This document shows, in pieces, positions 13,241-25,984 of a stretch of 64,000 nt of DNA. Position 1 is the stretch's first letter. Each line of letters opens with the position of its first letter. The translations under genes were made by a program, and so were the position numbers. The DNA is from Octopus bimaculoides (taxonomy: Eukaryota), in NCBI RefSeq assembly GCF_001194135.2, contig NC_068981.1:140709514-140773513 (forward strand), in the 5' to 3' direction. The notes beneath the pieces were generated by a model. It was not told the origin of the DNA, searched no databases, and saw only the letters and a program-made list of their open reading frames with translations.

Positions 13241-13905
13241 TTACACATATATACATATATATATATATATATATCTATATATATCTATATATATATGTGT
13301 GTGTGTATGTGTGTGCGCGCGTGTGTGTGTGTGTATGTGTGTGTGTGTGTGTGTGTGTATAAAGGGTAACAAATCTTTACAAATTTTACTACTAGTAGCC
13401 TAGCATGTAAAAAAGTCAATAGACCATCATATATATATATAAAGTATAAGAGAAATTACCTATAACAGGTAACTTCTACATGCTAGAAGGCATTCAAAGT
13501 TTTAACTTTGTGGTTTTCGGTCGTATTTGACATAGCCAAGGCTAGAAAGCTGCTAACCTTGGCTATGTCAAGATGGATTTTTATGTATTCTTCTTCCCAC
13601 TTGGATTTTAAATGTTGCCACAATTATAATATGTCTATTCTACTGTAATTTTCTACATTTTTGTGCAGCTGAAGATAGCTCTACATATTGCATTTAATGT
13701 AATGCTCGCATGAAACGTAGCATGAAACGTGTGTACTGCAATCATCTTTAAAATCCGTATTGCTTGTTTTGATTTTTGATCACCTTGTTTTGGAATGGTT
13801 TTTGGATAAAACCATACTATATTCTGGTGCCTAAACATAAGTACCATATTCAATTGTGAATCTAAATCTAAATCTTCTATACATGTGTGAATGTATATAT
13901 CTTTC

Positions 13906-13949
<44 letters not shown>

Positions 13950-14245
13950 TATTTATGCATAAATATATATATATATATGTATATGCGTATATATATGTAT
14001 ACATATATGCGTATATGTATATATATGTGTATATGTATATATGTATGTATGTTTGTATTTGTGTATGTCTGCGTGTGTGTGTGTGTGCGCGCGTTGATAT
14101 TGTAGGAACTTACAACTTTTCGAGAGAACGTGAAATAATTGTTGTCTTGAACAATGGCTCTCGAATCTATTATGTGCTTCGAGATCTACTGTCCCGAAAA
14201 AAGAAGTACACACACAGACACAGACACAGACACACACACACACAC

Positions 14246-14287
<42 letters not shown>

Positions 14288-14300
14288 TCACACACACATG
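13241..14300. repeat. Microsatellite tracts (TA, TG, CA) at 13241-13360, 13885-14090, 14210-14298
   Basis: Seen directly; source of the YI/CV/HT-rich ORFs. Confidence 0.9.
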
Positions 14301-14862
14301 AAGTCAGGGACAAACTATTTAACCTACAACAAAGATAATCGTTTTCTAGATAATGCTGAGCACTAACTTGGAAAATTATTCGTCAGGTAAACGAGAAAAT
14401 CCGCCATACCTAAACGTATATTTGTATGCAAAGTTGTGTAGCGCTATGAATAGTCTTTAGCCCTTATATTTGCTTCTTCTATCGTACTAAATAATCACAG
14501 GATCTTAAACGTCATACTGCACTAAAAAACCCAATCTGTATTTCGAAGTTAACAAGTACTTCATCCACTAACTGTCACTCAGGCAGAACAAATACCATTT
14601 TCTTTAATACTACAGCGCTTCCTGCAGATCTTTGATTACTGGGGCTAAGCAAGCAACACCTATTTGTACCTGAATATCTAATTGGGTTCTATATTCACAA
14701 CTTAATTGCTTTAACATGTGAACATTTCCCTTTGCCCGTATCTTTTTATTTACTTAACTGTTGGTACCATTGTAATATATACCTAGATTTTTCCCCATGT
14801 ATCTTTTACTTGTGTCAGTCATTACACTACGGTCAAGTTGGAGCAACGGTTTGAAAAACTTT

Positions 14863-15385
14863 TAGTCGAATGAATCGATCCCAGTACTTATTTCGTTTTA
14901 AGATTAGTACTTATTCTATCGGTCTGTTATGCTGAACTGCTAGGTTACTGTGACGGAAACACTCCAACAACGGATGTAAAGTGGTGGTGGAGAAGAAACA
15001 CAGACACTAATACACACTGACGAAGCCAGCCGTATATATGTATATATATATATGTATGTGTGTATATGATTATGTGTGTGTTTGTCCCCCCAACATCGCT
15101 CGACAACCGATGCTGGTGTGTTTTCGTCTCTGTAACTTAGCGGTTCGGCAGAAGTGATCGATAGAATAAGTACTAGGCTTACAAAGAATAAGTCTTGGAG
15201 TCGATTTGCTCGACTTGAACAAATAAAAGAGTAAAAGAGTAAAAGTGTATATGACGGGCTTCTTTTCAGTTTCCGTCCAAAATCCTCTCACAAGATTATG
15301 CTTGGACCGAGACTATCGTAGAAAACACTCGTTACTATGTGGTTGAAAAGCTTCTTGCCACTGTTATTCCTACGCTTATATACTT
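14863..15385. mobile_element. Nested SINE pair: minus copy (14863-15007 and 15250-15385) interrupted by a plus copy (15016-15245)
   Basis: GATAGAATAAGTACTAGGCTTACAAAGAATAAGTC (plus copy) is the reverse complement of the diverged 14880-14920 segment. The plus copy ends in the (TAAAAGAG) tail; the minus-copy head resumes at ~15250. Confidence 0.75.
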
Positions 15386-16394
15386 AGATTATGTTAAGTT
15401 TGGTATGAATATATTTTCGTTCCAAAATTCCTAGCGTATATAAACATGCGTTATGTCTTCATTTACTATTACTTCCATATTTATACCAAGCCCTTCCTTT
15501 GAGATTCATTATTTCTTAGATTACTTTTTACTTTCAGAGAGATTGTATATTTTTGAAATTAGAGATTTAATATTCCAGGTGTCTCCCTATGAAGCACTCA
15601 TTCTGAAATTACAACAAGTAGTTGAATACAAGGGCATTTGTATGGAATAAGATTTATATTAATGTGATATATGATATTATTTAATATATGTAGGGACGGA
15701 TGTGGAATGGAAGAATTGTTAGAGTGTTGGACGAAATTACATGCTGATTTTTTCCGGTTCCTTGATTTCTTAGTTCATTTTTGGCCAAAGTCAACTTTGC
15801 CTTTTATGGTTTATGGAGTTATAAGAATACCATTTGAGAATTGGACAGGAGGAAACAATTGCCCTTCGCAAAATGTGATGTCTTGTGTTTATATTAGAAT
15901 CAGTTATGTTATTTCTACATAAGCTATTTCGCACATACTATTTAACCACAACTAGTCTTGGGACGGCAAATCTGCATTCTGACACCATCACGGAATTTAA
16001 ATTTGCAGGAGGATATGTAAGGTAAATCTCACCAGGATCAAACTAATTAAATGTCAATATGAAATGCATGCACGCGCACACACGTATGCACTCACACACA
16101 TACGCAAACACACACACGCACACTCTCTCTCTCTCTCTCTCTCTTACCCATATATATATATGGGTAAGTGAAAATTCCATAGTTGAGAGGCTGTATATGG
16201 CTCCATTATTTTTCATGTATATCGAATGAAATTATCTCTTCATGCTTAAGCACTGACAAACTAATGTTTGCGTCTATGAGTTTTAGCAGCATCGTTCTTA
16301 AACCTGAGTAATCTTTTAAGACTGTGTAATTTATGCCTCAGATGTGTAAGTTGTTCGTGTGTGTGTGTGTGCATGTGTGTGTATATGTGTGTGC

Positions 16395-16435
<41 letters not shown>

Positions 16436-18865
16436 TGTGTGTGTGTGTGTGCGTGACTCTTCAGTGGTGTGCCTATATATTTAATTTCGATTTCGATTTT
16501 ATATTTTAATTACCACAATATTCTGGGACACAAAATCGTTTCACAACCTATTTGTGTATAATTTTAAAATTGTATTATTGAATCCTTCACGTTTCCATTA
16601 TAATTTCCATAAATTTACTACCAATTTTGTAGAAATACTCTCTGAGTATTTTTAATGACACTGTTCTAATCTAAAAATAAATATGTTGGTACAGAATAAA
16701 GCAACGAAAAACAGCTAAAAACAGTGTCTATTCTAGTTTCCAAATGAGAAACAATTTAGATAATAAGTCTGTTTTTAAGAATCGTTTCGAGACAATATAC
16801 ATTGAAGACAAGCATTAAGCAGAGTTAACGTAGAAATTGACTAATAGCTTCATACCATAATGAACTGAATATATACACATCATTTTTATGTTTATTTTAG
16901 CTCGAAAACACTGACTTCATTTCTAATATTATCTGAAAATTGGTATTGATTTATTTGTTAGGGCAATATATTTTGATCAATCATTTTCGGATACAATTAG
17001 CGGATTATTTGTGGTGCTTTTAATCTGTGCGTTACATCGCAGCGCTTCACCATAACTCTAATCATGTTGAATTAACGTTGATTCAAAATAGACTGCCCAC
17101 ACTGTCGAAATATAATTTTCCAAAAGACTGACTTCAAATATCAAGTTAAATATTTCTTACAATTTTTTGGAAATTTTATGATTACTTCTTTGCAACTAGA
17201 AAAATATTTATTTTTGAGTTGATATTATTATTTTCTCGTGGATTTTTGTCAGATTTTATATTGTTGCTCGACTCTTGGATTACACACTGTAGATTATTGA
17301 TTTTTAGCTACCCTTTTTCAAATTATTTTGACTCTCTTACTGATATTTTATCTTATGAGCTGATTAAGGTATTCCTGAAAGCTTAATGTTCTTTTATTTT
17401 CCTAATCACCTTGTTTACTTGGTAGTACATTTAGTTATACCTCTGAGGTTTTTCTCTTTGCCGTACTGTTTTAAATTTGTAAGAATATATTTAGAATATT
17501 AAACAAGTATTATATTCACAACGACACAGTCGAGCAGACACAATTACCGCATACATGAATATATTCTTTTACGCACAAGCACACATACAACACACTTATA
17601 GAGGTGTATACAAACACATACACAGACTCGCATACACTGACTTTGTAAACGCATTCTAAAAGATATAAACGAAGGCAAATAATCATAAAGCGACGGCTTA
17701 ATCCCTCTCATTTAATGCGGGGCAGTATTAAATATTCAGGAAAATGTATCCAAAAACAAATATAAAATTAGTAGCGAGATACAGTCGGCTTTTTAAGCAA
17801 ATCATGTGACTTCCTTCATCAATTGACTTCTTTAAACGCAACTAGATTATTATTTCCTTAAAAGGAACATCGTTATTAAAAAAAAAAATCTCGATCAGTT
17901 GAGTACCATAAGCATTCGATTCGAAATCGCGGTATCTTTGAGGTAGACTATATGTGAGCCAATGTGTTACGCAATCGATTTTTATTATTACACATGACAG
18001 TTAATCAGATAGTGCAATGCAATAAATTCCCAGGGGAAAATACATAGTTTTGTCAGTCGGTTTAACCCTAATACATTCCAGCTACGCAAATTATACTCAG
18101 CATCGCAAAATCATTGGTATTCCAGTATAAAAGATGATGTAGAGGCTATGATTTATTATCTTGGTAAGGGCAGTATGGTGATGTGCCTGCCAACATGGAA
18201 CGGGGAAATTGTCGAATCATCCGGCCTCTTACCATTCCCTCATTGTAACCACCCTGGTTCGACCTGGGAAGGGAAGCCTGTGGCTTCTAGGCTATACTTT
18301 ATAATGTTGTTAAGAGCACCATAGTATGGGAAGCGGTGAATAATAGTCATCGATATATACAACAAAATCTACTATGGGGCTAAGTAACATCAAATCAATA
18401 ACTATACCACTGCTGTCAAAACCTATATGGAATGAGTCATACGACATAGATAGAATTAACTTTATAATGAGAATGATGTTATATCTCTGGAATACTGATT
18501 TTATTAGGAATTATGAATTGTGATAATTCAGCTGTATTATATTACAAAAATTTGCATTTTAATTAAAATATATTATATTAAAAATCTTAATGTCAATATT
18601 AATTATAGATGCACAATATTTAATGAAGTAACTGGCTTCTGTGATTTAACATATGCACATTATATGGTTCTCGTGCGTGGATAAAAATTTAAAATACAAC
18701 TTACGAAATTATTCTTACTTAAAATATTGTCAGTTACTTTCCTTTTAATATCTTATGGAAATTACTGCTTATGTAATTTCTTTATGGCTTTGGGTCATTT
18801 TACTACGGCCATACTGGGACACCACAAAATTATTAACAAGTTGGGAAAAATGCCTATCACTATTT

Positions 18866-18985
18866 CGTCTGTCATTACGTTCTGAGTTCAGATGCCATTG
18901 AAGTCGACTTTGCTTTTCATCCTTTTGTTGTCATAGAGCCAATATCTGTCGAGCACTGAGATAGATGCAATCAACATAACACTTC
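18866..18985 (+). mobile_element. Diverged fragment of a further SINE-like family
   Basis: ACGTTCTGAGTTCAGATGCCATTGAAGTCGACTTTGCTTTTCATCC matches the reverse complement of 26095-26140. Confidence 0.6.
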
Positions 18986-19169
18986 TAGCCTTACTAGCCT
19001 TGTGCTAAAATAAATTTGAAACCAATATTATCTTTGGCTTTCATATTTACAATATCTATACCAAAACTACATTTATTCAATTTGATTTCTGATGTCTTTG
19101 GAGCTAGTTCTTGGACAAGTAAACATACTGATTTTGAACTAAGAACACTATTTACTTACCATCTAGTAT

Positions 19170-19560
19170 TTCAAATTCGAAAGTAAAGTAATAAGGATTT
19201 CAACGACTACATCACTGTTGCATAGAAAAACGGTTTCTAGCTGGAATTTCACCAGGATATGGAGACTGGATTTGAAATAGGAAACCAGTTGACTACACGT
19301 TTGCACTTTTATATCTAAACAAATGTTGATAATGACCTTAACGTCTAAATCATCGATGCATAGAAATAGTGATTTCAAGTTAGATTTCCGACTGGGAACG
19401 TGTACACATCTATGCATAATATAACTGATTACGAAGAGATATCGAAGCGTTCGGAATTGGTGTAGACATAAATATTGAAAATATATACTTTAAAGATGGG
19501 GTTATTAGTCTGGAAAATTATATTATTGAAAGCAACTCATTTCAGACATGTTAGACATTT
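19170..19560 (+). pseudogene. Possible decayed coding remnant with weak VWA-domain resemblance
   Basis: Stop-interrupted frames read GFEIGNQLTTRLHFYI*TNV (from 19268), ITD (~19411) and RDIEAFGIGVDINIE (19435-19479). These loosely recall VWA motifs, but spacing is compressed and no MIDAS DxSxS is seen. Confidence 0.2.
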
Positions 19561-20273
19561 AATGTACTGTTTATGATTTTTACCAAGAGAATTAATGTCG
19601 TAAGACATATTAAGTATCTTTATTCCGACTATGAAACAGTAGGACAATATGAGTTAGTTTAGATCATATTTACGTTACTAATCGTGCAGCAACTGTGGGA
19701 ATATTATCGATTTCTTTCTTGTTATCACAATGAATAGTTTGAAATGCAGAATGATTGTGACCTCAAAACAATAGTGGTATTTAACTTCATGGCCCAGAAA
19801 TTAAGAAAGAGAACGTTGAACTCGTGGGAACTTGTATTCATAAAACAAGTAGAGAAAGTATGTATGTTGTTAGTTCATAAAACAAGTATGGCAAGTATGC
19901 TGTTAGATATCTTCCCTTATGTGATGACGTATACTCTAATATGATCTAAGTTTCCATCATCCAAAATTTAGCTATGTTACGGAATAGATCTGCTTATTCT
20001 AATACAAGCTTGCAGCTTTGGACGATTTTCATCAAATTTCGCTGGAGTACAGTGCATCCACTTCTAACCGGATACATTTTAGCATTTCATTCTTGATGCA
20101 ATCGATATAGTTGACGAACAGTATGGGGTCGGATTATAATAATTATAATAAACGACCTTGCATAGTTATATTTACATTTCAAATTGTAGACGCACACAGT
20201 AATCTTATAATATTATTATTTCAAATATTTTAGAATTTTATATCTTTTTCAGAATCGTAACAATGGCTAATGG

Positions 20274-20608
20274 TGAAGACGCATGGTTCAGTGGTTAGAG
20301 TGTCGAGCTTACGATTGTAAGGTTGTGAGTTCGAATCCTGGACCGAGCTGCGTTTTGTGTTCTTGAGCAAGACACTTTATTTCACGTCCCTCCAGTTCAC
20401 TCGGCTGTAGAAATGAGTTGCGACGTCACAGGTGCAAAGCTGCACCGGCCTTTGCCTTTCCCTTGGATAAAACTGGTGGCATGGAGAGGGGAGGCCAGTA
20501 AGCATAAGCGACTGCTGGTCTTCCACAAACAATCTTGCCCGGACTTGTGCCTGGGAGGGTAACTTTCTAGGTGCAATCCCATGATCAGTCATGACCGAAG
20601 GGGGTCTC
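20274..20608 (+). mobile_element. Near full-length tRNA-headed SINE with CORE-like central segment
   Basis: A-box TGGTTCAGTGGTTAGAG, B-box GAGTTCGAATCC, then TTGAGCAAGACACTTTATTTCACGTCCCTCCAGTTCACTCGGCTGTAGAAATGAG (resembles the CORE domain by eye). Ends GACCGAAGGGGGTCTC. Confidence 0.85.
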
Positions 20609-20994
20609 AGAGAATGGTGGCTATCACATTCATAATAAACTTTCTCATCTTTCTACTTTTTTTTCTCCCTTTTATGAATGATGTATATTCTTAGACGAGA
20701 AAATGCCGTTTAGCATAGTAAACCTCTACTTCATGTGAACGGGTTCCAGATACGCATATTGTGAGGTTCATCATGTCGTAGAACGAGTCTGGATCATTTA
20801 TTGTAAGAGAAATCCCAATCATATAACCCAGGAATACAGGAATATTAAAAATATATAATGGAATTAAAAGTGTTCTCACTTTACACGTTTGAGTGGACCT
20901 ATCTGATTATGTGTTCTGTTATTGTAAGCGGTGGATAGATGTCACTCGGGTATTCAGTGCTACTACGTGTAGCACCAATACATTCTATTTTTTA

Positions 20995-21141
20995 ATACAG
21001 TTCTATATTTAAGAGATGAGGAATTATTTACATTATTTACATTATCTACATTTGACGGATATTCGTCCTCATCTTGTTTGTTGTAACAACAACAAACAAG
21101 ATGAGGACGAATATCCGTCAAATGTAGATAATGTAAATAAT
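20995..21141. mobile_element. 147-bp insertion ending in a perfect 53-bp-stem palindrome, with 13-bp TSD
   Basis: 21032-21084 is the exact reverse complement of 21089-21141 (loop AACA). ATTCTATTTTTTA flanks it at 20982-20994 and 21142-21154. Confidence 0.85.
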
Positions 21142-21309
21142 ATTCTATTTTTTATAACGTAGTTTTAGTTTGGGAAGTTTATCAATTCCACGATCGTGTC
21201 TAGATTTTCCAGTTTTATCTGGATTAATTATATTTACAGTAACGTTTATCTATGTCATATTCCTGCACCGTTAAGTGAAATGGTTCTGCTGGTGAACTAC
21301 TGAGAAGAA

Positions 21310-22000
21310 TCTTGTTGTCACATTTCTGTATTGTCTGACACGAGTAATAATAAACCTGATGCGTCTAAATCTGCCGAATCGCTCTTCTACCTGCGCTTGG
21401 GAGGTATGTGGACCTTATACATTTATGTGACTCTCATCCTACTCAATTTATCCAGAAACACTGGGGAAACGATGACTATAGGGATTTTGTCGACTCTCCA
21501 GGCTACAGATTGGTGTCTCTAAGATTTACTCGCGTCTCATCTAGAGAGGTGTTCTCTGTATTTGCAGTACCAACATTAGAGCTGAGCTTGAAGTGTTCTC
21601 GTATTAATATTCCTTATGACGCTGACATTGGTGGTCCTGGATGCTAGTATTTGCAGTGTTGGTGGTTGTAGTTTTGAAGAAGGAAATGATAATTTCGATT
21701 ATGTTGTTTGCCAGAATATCGATAATGGTTCATAGAATCATCGTTTCATTGACAGGAAAATTGTTGATAATGGCGTTTGTCGTCATTGATGTTGTTTTAC
21801 AGTCTATCTTTGCTTTTGCCATGTTCTTGTCACCTTAATAATTTTTTTGATTCTTTTTTTTCTCCTATGAGACAGGGAGATCCAAATAATCACTCTTCAT
21901 TAAATATAACCAAGGTAGCGTTATAGTCGTCTTCGTTGCTCTGTTTTTTATTGATATTCTCGATCTTGCTGCTTGGGATAATGTGTGAGTAGTAGTGGCT
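21310..22000 (-). mobile_element. Degenerate ORF1/gag-like region of a non-LTR retrotransposon (tentative)
   Basis: Minus-strand fragments VDKIPIVIVSPVFLDKLSRMRVT and AQVEERFGRFRRIRFIITRVRQYRNV resemble RRM-type LINE ORF1 segments; many stops. Confidence 0.4.
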
Positions 22001-22657
22001 TTGTGGCTACGTTCGGTGAATGTGGTGATGTGAATGCTTTGGCGACAATCCTTTGTTTCCTTGGTTAATAGATTTCAGAACACCCTTTGTTCCAATGTAA
22101 ACATGACTGACTAGAAAAAAAAAATAATAATAATAGATTCCTATTTAATTGTTCTGCCTTCCATACACGTTTGGAAGAACGACAGAATATCTGTTCCCTA
22201 GTTACACACACATACACGCACACGTATACTATATCAAAAATGTGCGTGTGAGTGTGTGTTTTTGAGTGTAATGCTTGATTATTTTTGTCAGAATATTCGC
22301 TTGACTCTTCTCTAATAATTGATAGGAACTTTACATTTCGATCCCGGAAGGATTACAGGCAATATTACTCCCACTAGGATTTGAACATAGACAGGAAAAA
22401 GTGAAATAAAATTATCGTAAGTTGAATTTTCTCTTGTGATTCTAAAACTCCATGAGTAATGCAATAGGAGTAATATTCGCTTGATGAAGACACATTAAGA
22501 TAATTACACTAAACAGACACTTAGAAATAATACGATGTAATGAGACAAAAGTTTCAAAGAATATTTCACGCCGAGTACTGTAAAAAGTAATGAATATTTT
22601 AAGTTAAATGAATTCTAAAAGGATGGACACATACATTAATACTGTAGCAGCTGTTAT

Positions 22658-23229
22658 GGATCTTTTTTAAAACGGGGGCCACATTTTTCATTAACGAAAC
22701 ACTTTGAAACTTGGAACACTGGTAGAATGTGTCATATAAAACATCTTTTTCTCTTAGTCTTCTTTAAAAAAAAAGAAATCCCTAACTTATTCCATGTTAA
22801 AGTTGTCGTATTTCTGTAATTTCAACCAATCACTGACGTCCATTCAGCCGATATACATTAAGTGCCGACTACGTAAACAAACGATTCTGAAACAATTCTA
22901 TCGGTGATAGGGTTAGGGTTAGGGTTAGGGTTAGGGTAAAACAGCAAATTTAAAAAGGAAAAAGCAAAACGAAGCTATGGAAATTAAATACGCTTTACAT
23001 CGCTTAATCAGCCAAAGGGAGTAAATGTAAACAACTGAATACTTGTCAGTGATTGGTTGAAATTATCGAAATAAGACAATTTTTTACATGAAATAAATTC
23101 GAATACAAAAATATTTTTCTGTTCTATAACACAAAATAGATAAGTATACGAAGTTTGAAAGACTTTCGGTACCAAAAACACTACGTAAAACATTAATGAA
23201 AAATGTGGCCCCCGTATAAAAAAAGATCC
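22658..23229. mobile_element. 572-bp non-autonomous DNA transposon (MITE), Merlin-like
   Basis: Terminal inverted repeats GGATCTTTTTTAAAACGGGGGCCACATTTTTCATTAA / TTAATGAAAAATGTGGCCCCCGTATAAAAAAAGATCC. Exact 8-bp TSD GCTGTTAT at 22650-22657 and 23230-23237. Inner perfect 20-bp inverted repeat at 22818-22837 / 23045-23064. 5'-GG termini with an 8-9 bp TSD are Merlin hallmarks. Confidence 0.85.
22907..22937 (+). repeat. Interstitial telomere-like repeat ATAGGG(TTAGGG)4
   Basis: Seen directly, inside the MITE. Confidence 0.95.
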
Positions 23230-24049
23230 GCTGTTATATACAGCTACTTAGAAAAATGAAGTAGAAGTTATAATAGTTTCCATTAACAGCTAAGTGAATT
23301 CACAAACATGATGGTATGTACTAAACAAAGACAGCCTTTACAACAGAAGTCGACATAGAAATATGTTTACTACGGAGAGAAGAATTGCTCCTTTAACGTT
23401 AAAATACTATTATAAGCTCTATATTTTGTATTACAAAAACTGACGAGAAAAGAATGAATACAAAAGAATAAAGTTAGTTTCAAAGATTAATAACTCAAAA
23501 ACTGTTTCCCAGCTTCAAAGACATCGAAAAAATAAGACAGAGTCGCAGGAAATATCATGGGGAGAATAATGGATTAATTATAGAAAGTATTGAAAAATAT
23601 AAAAGTAAATTATAAACTAGATTATAGATGTTATGCTGACGTGTTGGCAGATAGAAAAACGTCCTGCATGGTCAACATCTAACATGATTTAGTAAAGCAA
23701 AATTTGATAAAGAGCTACTACTGTCTGGCAAGTTCACAATGAAAAATGTTTAATTCAATGTTTTTACCAGTACTGTAACGTAGGAGATTTTGATCAAGAA
23801 ACAACAAAAATCCTATAATGAATTACTAAAAATTCTATGTCAGAATGTACAGAGATTCGCTTAGCTTGCTCTGGATCCCTCGTCTTGAAGTGACGAACGC
23901 GGCAGTGTAATAAATTCCATACAATGTAACCGATGATAGCGTTACATAATATGTATTGAGGGAAAGAAAATTTCATTGCATGTATTTTCACACATAAAAA
24001 AAAAAACAGATTAATGCAGACCACGCAGACATTAATTTCACGAAGTAAG

Positions 24050-24170
24050 TGTGAGAGACAGCCAGATAGACAGTGAGAAAGAGAGAGCGTGTGAAAGAGC
24101 TTCTGTGAAAGAGCGAGTGAGTGAGAAAGAGAGTGAGAGAGAAAGAGAAAGAGGGAGAGAGAGGAGACCA
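24050..24170 (+). repeat. Imperfect (GA)n purine tract
   Basis: Seen directly; followed by a short GC-richer unique stretch (24170-24240). Confidence 0.7.
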
Positions 24171-25984
24171 TTTCATAAAGCCTCAAGTTCTTTTGTAGTC
24201 ACTTCTGCCAGCCGATGCGCTGCAACGGAGAGTGATATACTGAAGTATTCAAGAAACAAATATACATTTCTAGAGAAAACGTTTTAGTTTATTTTTTTTA
24301 ACTGTCTTTGAAGTTGGAAAACACGTTTTGAGCTACTTGTAGTTTCATTTAGTTGTTTGCATTGATTTTTAAATAGATTAGTTTTGTACTACTAAATATA
24401 TATTTTAATATAACGTTCTAATGTCAAAAGTGCAGTACCTCCCTCTGTTCGTGTTAAATAATGTCTTTATATAGCCCTCTGTTGTAAATAGTCTCGATTC
24501 TTTAATGTTTTTCACGAAGTTTGTAAAACCCACTTAACATTTAGTGAAAAATATTGTAACTGCAACTTGATATTTGCATATTTGCAAAGAATGAATACCA
24601 AAGCAGCGGGAGTATTCATATATAATACTTTAATTTTAGAATATAGTTCATTTAAGTATTTAGTTCAATGAAAATATATTCGTACGATAAACATTCTTTC
24701 ACATCTTTTCAGGCGTTTTACAAGCTATCGCCGACATTATTGATTGGAAATCTGAATTCCTATAGCAGAAATCTGACTGCAGCTCTGGGTTGAATAATAA
24801 CAATACTGAAAGAATATAAATTAAAATCAACCTTGTTGAAATTTGAACTCACAACTGAAATATTTGTAACAATTATCGTAACGCATTCTATCAGGCGCTT
24901 TGATTGCTTTCAAATTCAAAGAGAAAAAATTCAACCCTACCCCTGTGAATTACATCTGATATTATTAAGTCTGCGAAATAAATGGAAACATTAATTATAG
25001 TAGATATATTGGAAACGTTGCAAAGGAACGCCTACAAATATATAACAATTACAACTTAAACATATACACAGTTTAGAAGCAATAACACTACTAGCAGCTG
25101 CACGGTTAATGTAGATATATGTTTCTTGAAATACAATAGAGATTTCTCATACCAAATGTCTCACTAAATTAAAATATATTTCCCGTCCGATTTGATCAAC
25201 GTATCCCGGGAAACAATTATCCTTGGATAAATTCTAATCCTCAAAGTATTCCAATTTTATCTGACCAATGTGTTTACTTGGATCGTTCATTATCACGAGC
25301 ATTCTATTTACTAGCTAAAGATGTATCTCTTTCGGAATTATAAGTTTATTTATTGAACGTGTATGTTAGCTGTGCGCCTCCAGTTTCACATAATGATATT
25401 CCGTTATAGTGATATATATGACAGTAAGAGAAGGCATCTAATTTCCCATAAACCTCTTGCAAATTATTGATAAGAATATCACGAATACGATTGACAAATA
25501 TCGCTTTATTATAGTTTTCAACATCTCGGAAACTTTCCGACATACTATATGGTGTCTGTACACGGTAGCTGTCTTTTAATAAAATATACAACTGAATGTT
25601 CCTTAAATAATACATTATAGGCTTCCAAAATGAAGGATATCTCAAACAAGATGCATTGCAGGATAAAAGTCGAGGTGGCAACGGTTAAAATGTGTGTGGT
25701 TGCAGACCTGTCATTCAGGGGATCAACTGGAACTAAAGAACTCTGACGCTAACATATTTGAGGCATACTTAATGCAATATAAATTATAAATGGAAATTGT
25801 CATTTCACTCAAGTAACAGTTGATTCACTTGCATGTACAGGGTCCGAAATTCATTGACATTCAAACTGAAGTAGAGAAAGTAAGGACTTGTAGATTTTCA
25901 AAACTGATATCGACTATATATATATCCTTAAATCTGCTTCTCATTAATTCAAAACTACCATATATACAATAATTGTTTCGCTAT

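Noticed and set aside
20274-20350. tRNA-like sequence (also 1545-1621)
   Set aside because: A/B boxes run directly into SINE bodies and no full cloverleaf is evident; these are SINE heads, not tRNA genes.
20691-20879. 62-aa minus-strand ORF with protein-like composition; similar cases at 14100-14210, 31691-31972, 34715-34906, 48466-48663
   Set aside because: No recognisable family and no convincing pair of splice sites.
25346-25681. 111-aa minus-strand ORF
   Set aside because: No recognisable motif. A rough estimate for this AT content gives about two stop-free stretches of this length by chance in six frames of 64 kb.
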